Assembly (NCBI RefSeq): GCF_000002075.1
Contig: NW_004797435.1
Coordinates: forward strand, 1,158,852 to 1,222,851
DNA length: 64,000 bases
From: Aplysia californica
Lineage: Eukaryota
Reading direction: 5' to 3'
The notes beneath the pieces were generated by a model that had not been told where the DNA came from, ran no database searches, and saw nothing but the letters and a program-made list of their open reading frames with translations. Made by a program: the position numbers and the translations under genes. Shown here piece by piece: positions 1 to 10,688 of the stretch. Within the stretch, counting starts at the first letter, position 1. Every line of letters starts with the position of its first letter.

Positions 1-171
1 GGACTGCTCAATTGAAATTATGACATTGTAACTTGTTCTTTTCTTCAAATTGTGATTCCTCCAACTCCAAAACGGAGGAAAAACGATAGTTCATCGAAAA
101 GACATCCGCAATCTTCCCGGTCTGTATACTTTGTGACTTTGTTCCCGGTTACCGGCTCTGTATACACTCCC
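1..171 (-). mobile_element. End of a Mutator-like non-autonomous DNA transposon (same family as 19696-21170)
   Basis: 118-171 is the reverse complement of the TIR at 19696-19750. About 20-117 matches 19912-20010 in reverse complement. Confidence 0.8.
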
Positions 172-364
172 AAAATAAAATTAGATCTAGATCTATAATC
201 TCCAAGTAAAAGTAAACTGCTGAGAAGCTGAAGTTGAAGTGAAGTTTAGTAAGTTGAAGTGAAGAAGCGGTCTAGGTTTCTACTCTGAAATATATGTTCA
301 TGTATCTGAATTTCGAATAGTTCCCAAACTTAAAGGACATGATTTTCCCCGAAGAAATACATAC

Positions 365-461
365 CGACGCCGAATTCACCAATAACAAGGACTTTATACA
401 AATGCTCATTCAAAGTCTTCGAGCCTCCATCATTTGAAGCATCTCCGCTGGCGGCTGCCAT
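365..461 (-). CDS. RAB32: Rab32/Rab38-family small GTPase, first coding exon (gene continues beyond the left edge)
   Basis: ATG at 461-459 encodes MAAASGDASNDGGSKTLNEHLYKVLVIGEFGV-G. EHL(Y/F)KVLVIG-x-x-GVG is the beta1/P-loop signature of Rab32/38. Canonical donor GTATGT (364-359) in phase 1. The exact paralogue (32/38/29) cannot be resolved from 32 codons. Confidence 0.85.
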
Positions 462-475
462 TTTGTTTTGGTATA

Positions 476-538
476 TCATGTGACAAACAGATTGCACGTG
501 ACATCCGGTTTGTTTTTCCCGCTGGGTTGCTACGGTGA
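476..538. promoter_or_regulatory. Putative Rab promoter motifs: M-box/CLEAR-like E-boxes, ETS-like site, X-box-like site
   Basis: TCATGTGAC at 476-484 and CACGTGAC at 495-502. ACATCCGG overlaps the end of the second site (501-508). GTTGCTACGGTGAT at ~526-539. All lie 15-80 nt upstream of the Rab ATG. Confidence 0.4.
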
Positions 539-775
539 TCAATATTTGAAAGTAACCTAAGCAATTTTTTTGCTGTGTGACCGAGGCCACGGTCAGACAG
601 TATTCCATTTAAAATGATCGTCATACTACAAAAATGGGTAGTGAAATTATAACAGAGCTGTCAAATTTTATTTATGTCAGTGTAAGATTCTTGAAGAAAA
701 TATGATTTAGTCAGTTGAATAGCTTTGCTTAAATCACCAGGTGCATATTTAAATATAGACTATAGAGCGTGACCC

Positions 776-1108
776 GGTATTTATCTTTGTCGAGATAACA
801 ACATATAACAACAGATAACTACTGATAACAACTGATAACAACAAATAACAACTTATAACAACAAACAACAACAAAATAGCAACAAATATCAACACAAACG
901 TCCTAATTTATTTTTTCCGATAAATTGGTGGGATATTTATTTTTGTCGAGATAACAACAAATAACAACTGATAACAACTAATAACAATAAAATAACGACA
1001 AATATCAACACAAACGTCCTAATTTAGTTACTTTTACTTCGTTGTAGTCAGTTGTTATTTGTTGTTATACAATTTATTGTTATCTCGACAAAGATAAATA
1101 CCCCACCA
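776..1108. mobile_element. MITE-like inverted-repeat element with internal ATAACAAC minisatellite and a duplicated left arm
   Basis: TGGTGGGATATTTATTTTTGTCGAGATAAC (926-) is inverted against GTTATCTCGACAAAGATAAATACCCCACCA (-1108). A direct copy of the left arm lies at 776-910. Internal ~10-bp ATAACAACTG/A units. Confidence 0.6.
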
Positions 1109-1603
1109 GAACAGAACCGGGATGATTCGTAAAAAAAATAAATCCGACAAACACTCCCCCCCCCCCTCTGAAAAAAGGAAAAGGGGGGAAAATGCTGCAA
1201 ACACTGGTAGAAAGAATGAGAACAAGTCTAGGCTAAGGGCGATAACATAAAGAAAGTCGAAACTTACTCGGACAGGCGCCAGTAGGTGTCTGCTTGACTC
1301 CACATAGAGGACGCCTATTGCCGATCCCTTTAAGCTCGCGTTGCATTGATCTACTGTTGTCTAGTCTGCCTACATCTACCGTGTCTAGAATCTAGTTCTA
1401 GGTCTTAAGTGATTACAAATTTACAAGAATGGACTTATCATCCGAGAGNNNNNNNNNNNNNNNNNNNNNNNNNNNNNNNNNNNNNNNNNNNNNNNNNNNN
1501 NNNNNNNNNNNNNNNNNNNNNNNNNNNNNNNNNNNNNNNNNNNNNNNNNNNNNNNNNNNNNNNNNNNNNNNNNNNNNNNNNNNNNNNNNNNNNNNNNNNN
1601 NNN

Positions 1604-2349
1604 CCGGTAGAATGTCATATAAAATTGCAATATTATGTCATAAATGTGTCAATAACAAAGCTCCCTCATATCTTAGTGATCTCATCCTGATTTATGTTCC
1701 ATCTAGATCACTAAGATCAGGCGATCAGTATCTTTTAAGAGTTCCTAGAAAAGGGGGTAAAAAATTAGCTGAAAGATCGTTCGCCCACCTTGCTCCGTCA
1801 GTTTGGAACTCTCTTCCCCAACCCTTGAGACATACAACATCTGAGTCTAAATTTTTTAAAATCTTTAAAGATACATTTAATGACATCTTTTTTTGTCTGT
1901 AGATTCAGGTTCAATACAATGTTATGTAAATGACTATGTATCCATTTATGTATTTTGTGAATTGCATTGTGTAGATTATTTTATGCTCATTTCGTGACGA
2001 CGTGTAAGCGTGCGCGTTTGATNNNNNNNNNNNNNNNNNNNNNNNNNNNNNNNNNNNNNNNNNNNNNNNNNNNNNNNNNNNNNNNNNNNNNNNNNNNNNN
2101 NNNNNNNNNNNNNNNNNNNNNNNNNNNNNNNNNNNNNNNNNNNNNNNNNNNNNNNNNNNNNNNNNNNNNNNNNNNNNNNNNNNNNNNNNNNNNNNNNNNN
2201 NNNNNNNNNNNNNNNNNNNNNNNNNNNNNTGTCGCGTGCGTGAATATTGTTCGTACATGTATTTTTATGTAAAGCGCCCAGAGCTGTGTTTACACGAGAG
2301 TGGGCTCTATAGAAATGATCTTCATTATTAGTATTATTATTATTATTAG

Positions 2350-2404
<55 letters not shown>

Positions 2405-2405
2405 G
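1604..2405 (+). mobile_element. 3' end of an L2/Crack-type LINE (C-terminal ORF2 fragment, 3' tail and (TAT)n)
   Basis: The peptide YKIAILCHKCVNNKAPSYLSDLI..YVPSRSLRSGDQYLLRVPR..AERSFAHLAPSVWNSLP is typical of the L2/CR1-group ORF2 C-terminus. The tail GTAAAGCGCCCAGAG...GCTCTATAGAAAT is followed by (TAT)n at 2326-2405. Confidence 0.85.
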
Positions 2406-2829
2406 TAAATCGACATCCATTTTGACAAGACACGACACAGCCAGATAAGCAGATCTCTAGACGCACAACGAAAAACTACACAGGCCTCGTCTCTTCAAAA
2501 TCACAATCTATTGACACAGTAAAGCCGAGATACCTAGAGCTAGATTCTAGATGTAAGAAAAAAATTAAAATTAATTACACCACAACACAGCTGGTATTCA
2601 TGAAGCATAATATTTTTTTGGGGGAAAAACACTAATTTTCTTTAAAATTGCTTAAAATGCAATTCTGCTCGGAGACCACCCTATTTTGACGATGCTGATT
2701 TAAAAAATGTAATTAGTTTTTGTCTACCGTGAAGCACCAGCTCTGAAATGACCATTTAAAATTGTCCCCAGTCCAGTCGGGTTACGTCACACAAACCGCT
2801 GAACCCGAGTTGGCGACGGCGAGACGGCA

Positions 2830-2985
2830 TTGACAGTTCGCGACCTCGGTGCTTTCTTGTCGTACCTCCATTTTTAATAACAGTGAAAACAGTTCATAAC
2901 AAAATGTGAGTTAAAGAAGAAGTCTCATTTTCACTGTTAAAAAATGGAAATACGACAAGAAAGCACTGCGGTGGTGAGTTGACAG
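2830..2985. repeat. Palindromic (hairpin) element, probable MITE
   Basis: Arm 2849-2889 (GTGCTTTCTTGTCGTACCTCCATTTTTAATAACAGTGAAAA) pairs with arm 2928-2966 (TTTTCACTGTTAAAAAATGGAAATACGACAAGAAAGCAC). Weaker pairing extends ~20 bp further out. Confidence 0.7.
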
Positions 2986-5900
2986 CGAGACGCCCTTCCC
3001 AGTTTTTCGGCGTAATAAGAATGTAGTTTGGATTCCGATAAAGCCGACAACTCCGATCCGAGTTTAAAGCCGCCTGCAGTCGGCCAGATCTATGTGGGGC
3101 AAGTTGGAAATCATAAGGGAGTTTTTATACCTATCGGCGCTTACTGAGTCAGTCTCCGAAATCGGCGTTCTCTATGTTTTCGCCATAAGACAAGAGAATA
3201 TCCTAAATTAAATTTGGCCTTCCTGACATGAAGGGCGGCACTCGGAATAAAATAGAGTGTAGGCCTATGCTATATTCACCCTACCAATGTTGTTTGGAAA
3301 TATGTATATTATATTAATATGGGGAGGTGATCGTATTGAGTGTGAATGATCTATGAAGGTTTTTTGTTCAATAAAACGTGATCTAAAACATGATGCGGGA
3401 ACTTCAGACTACAGAGTATGGGATTTTATATGTGACTTTTGATTAGTAAAACTTGTTATTTTCGGGGGTTCGTTTCTTTTCTTTTTTTTTGTTTGTTTGT
3501 TTGTTTGTTTGTTCGTTTGTTAAAACAACGGAATCTTAATTAAGTGAACCGGGATCATAAACGATGGGATCTCAGGTGGAGACGACAATGGTAGATTAAC
3601 TGGGCAGAACTATTTAAAAAGACTCACCCCCCCCCCCCTCCCCATCTTTCTTTAACAGATAAGTTATTCACTGTTGTTGTTAAGCAGGTACTGCTTTTTT
3701 ATGTGGAGCCGCTATGACATCTAGATTTAGACTTCAGTCATAGTAATGAGATAAATGGGTTATAACCATAAAATAAGTCTACTGGCTTGCCTAGCCTCAA
3801 GGATCTCAGAATAAAACCCCTCTTTCCTATCCAGAGTTCAGTGCGAGAGTCGGGCAGCAGGTTGACCATGGTTCCATTGCGAGATATATAGGGCTTCTGT
3901 CAGGCGTGCGCTGCCGCCCATAGAGCAGCCTCCATTACTGTACATAACCTCCTTGATTAATATAATGTACATGAATTTAATTGATAACTCAAAGGCTTTC
4001 GACAAAGTAAAACATGATAAACTTTTTTTTAACACTTTGACATAGATGGAAAGGATTTGAGAATTATCACGAATCTTTACTGGACCAAAACACTGTTGTG
4101 AGGATCGAGGGGGAGTATACTATACTATATAAATATATAAACAGATAATGAAAAGAGGGGTAGGCAAGACTGTATTATGTCCTCAGGCCTATTTAACATA
4201 ATAGATTCTATATGCAGTCAAACAATTTTTAGAAATAAAGAAGAATTGATGAACATCCTGGTCATAAAATGAATGGAAATGTCTTTGCCCTGTCTCACAA
4301 CAAAACCAATCACAATCCAAAAATAACTTGGTCTGTACCATGATCTCAGATCAAAACCCCATTCTAGTTCTAGGCTTCCTCTCTAGTCTTTCATCTGCTG
4401 TTCTAAGCTAAATATCTAAGACGTGACAAAATGAATAGAGCAAAATAGTGTTCTAGGCTCTGTGCTGACAGTTATTCGGAATTCCTTTCCAATTTACTCC
4501 CCCCCCCCCCCGCCCCTTAAAAAAAAGTTCGGTTATGTTTCGATTTCTACATTCCATCGGTGAGCATTCTGTTTTAAAAGAACTTCATTAAATGGCAAAC
4601 CTAATAAACTTCTCCAACTGCATAGCATCTCAGCGGTGATTTTTTGTTTTCTCTTCTTGTTACACTATTTTCACGACAGTTAATAACATTTTCTGGCTTG
4701 GCAATATTATATGTGCTTATGTTTCAATTCCTCTACCAGAATTGCAATTCGTCCAATTTGAATACTTGAATTGGGGGTCGTCTCTCTAAGGTCTCTTGAA
4801 ATTTGAATGTTCTGCCCCCCCATTTCCAATATACACACTCACTTATATACACACGAACATGACACAAACACACACATGGGACACACACATACACGCACAC
4901 TCACACACATACATACACACGCATGGACAGAGAGTAAAGCACACAAACACACACAATTTTAGTCAAACGCAAAACTTAATGTGTTGATGTAAAAGCGTTC
5001 AGCTTACAGAGGCGTGATCAGCCCGTTATTCTGGTTTCAAGACAAGGATATTAAAACCAAAGATTCTGCTGAGAAAGTTTTTGAAACTTTAGGGGATGAG
5101 AAGGGGGTAGTGTGTGCTGACGTTGCGTACGAATTTGACTGTCCATAAGTATAAACTTATAAGAAAAACTGAACTTTTGGTTTCAGTTACTGTAATACAT
5201 CTAGGTCACGCGTCCTTTAAAATTTCCTAGCTTTACTTTAGAGCCCCCCCCAAAAAAAAAACACAAAAAAACAACAACAACAAAAACAACACACACAAAA
5301 AATCCCAACAACAACAAACAAACAAAAGAAACAACCAAAACCAACAAAAGACCACTAAGGGCAAAGACAGGATAAATATAATATATTAATATTAATATGA
5401 CGAGCACCTACTCCCAGGTGGAGGTCACAGGCGATGTTCGGTTCTTCGACTTTCAGTGTCAGTGCCATCGGATCCCCACCAGCCTCTCGACGTCTTTACA
5501 AAAAGAAAAAAAAAATATGAAAAAGGTTTGCAACAATGATAAAAAAAGAAGATATGATGACATATGATAAAAATGAAGATATTATGATAACATATATGTA
5601 TCGTATCGATTCACGAATACATTCTAATCCAGACCCTTTTGGATCTGCATGGTGCGTATTGTGTAGCTTCGACAGTCCTAACTGGGACACATCAAAATTG
5701 GATCGTCCAAATAGGACGGGTTGAACGTCAAACTGATATATAATTAATTTGAAGATTGTGTAGACTAATACATTGTACTCAGAGATATTGTCACATTTTT
5801 TGGTGAGTGTTTTGTTTTCATCATTGTCTCCTCTTAATTTCTCAGGTCGTAGTCCTTATTCCCGCGAAAAAAAGTAAGTTCTACAATTCTGCTAAAATTT

Positions 5901-6142
5901 TCACAACTGCTAAACTTTGTTGAAAACGTGTCTATATAACCACTTAACTGTGCTGCTGGTGAAAAATTCGCCCCCTCCTCCCCAAAGAGGATATGGAGGA
6001 ATCCAAACANNNNNNNNNNNNNNNNNNNNNNNNNNNNNNNNNNNNNNNNNNNNNNNNNNNNNNNNNNNNNNNNNNNNNNNNNNNNNNNNNNNNNNNNNNN
6101 NNNNNNNNNNNNNNNNNNNNNNNNNNNNNNNNNNNNNNNNNA

Positions 6143-7180
6143 CCGAGACATTCTCTGTCTATCTCTAACCCTTCCTCTCATAAAAAATACATACACATTC
6201 GTACTGTACACACAAACAAAACAGATCTGCCAGTCTTAAACCGAACAAATAAAAAAGACCCAACACATGGAATGAAGATGTATGGTTTATTTTGTGTAAT
6301 ACAAACAATAAAAATATTTCAACATTGATTTTGGCATGAACGTTACACAGAAGATGTAATATCGTCCAACAAAAAGTGCAATACTTGGTCTGTGTGCATA
6401 TAACAAATAAACTCCTTAGAAAGCTGAAACAAAATGAATAATCTAGATTCTTACAGCACAGAAACAATGCTGTAAAGTGGTCTCAGAAAAAGTTTGCTGG
6501 AAGAAGCAGTAGTATGTACCACAGCTATTTATTTAGTAAAACAATATAGGAGTGCATGTTTTTGTGTGAATGGAACACACTGCAATTTTGCATAATAATT
6601 TGAAAAATAATAAATCTATACACGAGAAAGGGAGAGAGTGAGAGACAGACAGAGACATTCTCTGTCTATCTCTTACCTTTTCTCTCGTAAAAAATACATA
6701 CACATTCGTACTGTACACACAAACAAAATAGACCTGTCAGTCTCAAACCGAACAAATAAGAGGCACAATCACTGAGCATTAACTTTTAATGTATCAGCTG
6801 GTATGATTTAAAAAAGACCCAACACATAGAATGAAAATGTAGGCCTATGGTATATTTTCTGTAATACAAACCATAAAATATTTCAACATTGATTTTGGCA
6901 TAAATGTTATATACTGTTAGTTATATCCCAATACAGGAAATGTCATATCGTCCAACAAAAAGTGTAATATTTGGTCTGTGTGCATGTAACAGGTAAAATA
7001 ATTTAAAAGATGAAACAAAATGAATAATCGAGATTCTTACAGCACAGAAACAATGCTGTAAATTGGTCTCAGAAAAAGTTTGCTGGAAGCAGCAGTAGTA
7101 CGTACCACAGGCTATTTATTTGGTAAAACAATATAGGAGTGCATGTTTTTATGTGAATGAAACACACTGCAACTTTGCAT

Positions 7181-7185
<5 letters not shown>
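6143..7185 (+). repeat. Tandem duplication of a ~500-bp unit delimited by GA-rich tracts
   Basis: GAGACATTCTCTGTCTATCTC...CACATTCGTACTGTACACAC...TTGCATAAT occurs at ~6145-6600 and ~6652-7185. Copy 2 has a ~50-bp insertion at ~6761-6810. Confidence 0.85.
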
Positions 7186-7234
<49 letters not shown>

Positions 7235-7273
7235 GTGGGAAGGGAGAGAGAGAGAGAAGGATGGAAAGGGAGG

Positions 7274-7309
<36 letters not shown>

Positions 7310-7564
7310 NNNNNNNNNNNNNNNNNNNNNNNNNNNNNNNNNNNNNNNNNNNNNNNNNNNNNNNNNNNNNNNNNNNNNNNNNNNNNNNNNNNNNNNNNNN
7401 NNNNNNNNNNNNNNNNNNNNNNNNNNNNNNNNNNNNNNNNNNNNNNNNNNNNNNNNNNNNNNNNNNNNNNNNNNNNNNNNNNNNNNNNNNNNNNNNNNNN
7501 NNNNNNNNNNNNNNNNNNNNNNNNNNNNNNNNNNNNNNNNNNNNNNNNNNNNNNNNNNNNNNNN

Positions 7565-7615
<51 letters not shown>
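7186..7615. repeat. (GA)n microsatellite spanning an assembly gap
   Basis: Pure GA repeats on both sides of the N run. Confidence 0.9.
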
Positions 7616-7619
<4 letters not shown>

Positions 7620-7867
7620 AGTCTCCTCCTTTGTATTATAGTTCCCGTTAAACATTGGCTAAAGAAAAGGATACACAAAGCTTACGAACAAGACTTACAA
7701 TAGAAAAAAATATCTTTGATTTATCCTTCAGATCAAAATATAAATTTTCCATAATAAAGGAAAGCAGGACTCACTAGGCACTAGTCAGTTGCAATTGAAG
7801 AAGGAAAGTCTACATGCACAAGAATAGAACAGCTACATTTTGTTAGCACAGTCCTAAGAGAATAGTT

Positions 7868-8010
7868 AATAATAATAATAATAATAGACAGCATTTGTAT
7901 AGCGCATATCCCCGCTCAACAGCAGGCTCTATGCGCTTTACACTATATTATTACCCCAGCAGAATATAGAACACTCCGAAACATTCTCAGCTTCCCGGGA
8001 AGCATACAGA
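7868..8010 (-). mobile_element. L2-tailed SINE/LINE 3' end
   Basis: The reverse complement reads TGTAAAGCGCATAGAG...ATGCGCTATACAAATGCTG followed by (TAT)n, the same tail type as 2269-2405. Confidence 0.65.
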
Positions 8011-9859
8011 TGAGAAACTTGTCCCGAATGAAGAGAAATTGTGTTAAGGTTAGAGTAAGCATAAAGGAGGGATCTACATTGCATCAAAACATCTCTGACT
8101 TTTAAGATTAGTTACTATTGACATTTGCTTTTCACTAGCCCATTTTACTAAGCTCCTTCACTGTACATATTCTTTATTCTACAGTGGAGTCCCCTTAACT
8201 CCTTATCCTTGGCAGGTCACTCCCAGCGGTTTGCAGTTGGGAATTTTTTCATTAGATGAAGAACCATCAGAACAGGAGAATATGTTTTGATTTGATGGCC
8301 TCTTTAGTGAAGCATATTTCACTGTAGTTTTTGAAGCAAGAGAGGGCTCTGGCATATTGAGAAAAGCCCCCTCTGAGAGTTAAACCAACATCTGCAAGAC
8401 CACCAAATTTTTTGTCCAGTTTAGCTGGGTTTTTGGTTAAAGAGGTTGTTCAAACATAAAATATAAAAAAAATTGTGGTTTTTTTCCTTTCTTTTGGGTT
8501 ACTGCAGTTTTCTGTTTAACTGTACTTGGTTCAAGGACTCTACTGTACTTATTATTTTTTTTATGCTTATGCGCAACACACATTTCTAATCTTAAAAGTC
8601 AGAGATGTTTTGATGCAATGTAGGTCCCTCCTTTATGCTTACTCTAACCTTAACACAATTTCTCTTCATTCGGGACAAGTTTCTCATTTCAGCAAGGCAG
8701 TTCTGCTTTCAACAGGCAGAGCAAGCACATGATACTTTTGAGTTCCCAATTTTCATCTGATAAACAGGCACTTCATCTGACCTATCAAGAGACCAACGTT
8801 GTAAACAATCTTATTTGTCCATCAGTCACACCCACATATATGATACATCTCAGATTTTACTAGATATTTTGGCAGGACAATTGAGCACTGATCACCAGGC
8901 TAATAAATCCCCATAAAACACATACTCTGTCATTTGAATGAAAATCCAAGAAAATGTGAATGTCGGTTAAATTGACTTTTGAAAAGATTTGATTTCATTT
9001 CCATAGATGCTGACATCTCTCTATAATAGTTTAGTGTTGATTACTCAATATTCAACAAAATTGGACAATTCGAACAAAAGATACAATTTTAATATTTAAA
9101 AACACCTTTTCTCTCCAATTTTTGATAAAACATGATTTCGTTAGGCACAAGATATTCCAATTCAATCAGCAGTTCAGAAATGTAAAAGAAATTTGTATTT
9201 CAGAAAAATAAAACCGTAAAGGTATAACTAATTTCAACAACACTGAAATCAGTTCTATCTCATAATGTACTTCAATTCCCATGATGATGCATTTTCTTTT
9301 TCTCTTATTTTTGGCGTATAAAAGTTTAAAGGTAATTAATATTTATCATCCAATAAATTCTTATTACATATAGTGCTGTTTGTTCAATTAATTATAAACA
9401 TTCAAAACATTTGGCAGATGAGAATATTTGATTGATCAACAAATGATGAAAAAAAGGTTTCCATGTAAAATGCAAACAAATCAGCAGCTTTTGACATTTT
9501 AAAATGAGAGTTTTGACATGCAAAGAAGCACCATATCTCTGACAACAAATTCACAGACAGAAGAAGTATCTCAATCAGAGTCAGCACATATGTAAATGGG
9601 GGCTCTCCTGGTCTAGAGGTTAGGTTACAGTGTTTGCCTCTCATTCAATAGAGCATACGAAACCTAACAGCGACCCACAAAATTTGGTTAGACTCTAAAA
9701 TGTTCTTTCCTGCTTTCTAAACATGTTCTGTCGTCTGCTTTTGTCTCTACTTTCTGCCCCCTCCCCCACCCCCTTTGCCCCCTCTTCTGAGCTCCCGACT
9801 TTTTCACTGCTACTCCTTGGCTCCCTCTTAATGCTGTCTTTCAGCCACACCCCTGATCT

Positions 9860-10085
9860 TATGGTAGGTAAGATCTAACATCTAGCATTCTCAGATAAGG
9901 GCTAAAATCTTGGAGATCCTGTGTGCAAGTTGCGCACGTTTAAGATTCCTTGGTGGTCCTAAAATCTATAGCAATAGGCTTCGGCCGTCACCCGCGCAAA
10001 ATTCAAAATTCCTGCCAAACTGAAAATATTGTGTCCCGCGTGTTTCTATGAGTTATTGTATGCAGCCGTGAGTGCCATAAAACAC
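9860..10085 (+). mobile_element. Degenerate SINE with Meta-like central domain
   Basis: TTCTCAGATAAGGGGCTAAAATCTTGGAGATCCTGTGTG...GCACGTTTAAGATTCC resembles the recalled Meta-SINE core. The element ends in GCCATAAAAC. Confidence 0.45.
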
Positions 10086-10688
10086 TTACCGAAACAAACA
10101 TATTATGTAAATGAAGCAGATTGAATAAAGCTTGATAGTTTAAAACTGGAGTTCTTTTAACTATCTGGCCGCCAATCTTCATTTGCCCAGCTGTCTTTCA
10201 AAATTAGGGAAAATTTCTGAAAATATATCCACCAAATTGGATATTGGTTAGTTCTATGTCCCTGTTTGTTTCTTTCATACTTAAAGGCACCCATTTACCA
10301 GCTTCTAAATTTGTTACTTATCACAAAAGTTGGAAAGAACATGAACATTATACTACAGTCTAGTGTGCACACAGTGAAATCTGCAGGGTGCGGATATCTT
10401 TTTGTTATGTACCAATTTCGCTATACAGGCATATATGATTTAAATACAATGAATTTAATGTGTAAGAAAAAATTTGGGACATAAAAATCTGTTCACTTAG
10501 TGCATGTCTCGCTAAGTGCATGCAAGACTATTTAGATCAGATTTCAGGCTTTGATATCAAAGAACAGGACAGTATCACAACACTCTGAGTTGTCTAGCCA
10601 TACAATGAGAGGCAAAGGCTTTCGCAAAACAAAAAAAAGCTTCAGTACACCAAATCTAGACTTGTAAAATGATTATCCCCGTAATAAA

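Noticed and set aside
776-1108. CRISPR-like repeat array
   Set aside because: The units are ~10-bp degenerate minisatellites with no unique spacers or cas genes, in a spliced eukaryotic locus.
7112-7678. Long ORFs of RERE/SLSL type (also 23228-23743, 28669-28969, 38648-39053, 47759-48220)
   Set aside because: Translations of microsatellites and N gaps, not genes.
8250-9000. Possible decayed transposase or endonuclease on the minus strand
   Set aside because: Only vague peptide fragments with stops; no motif I can support.
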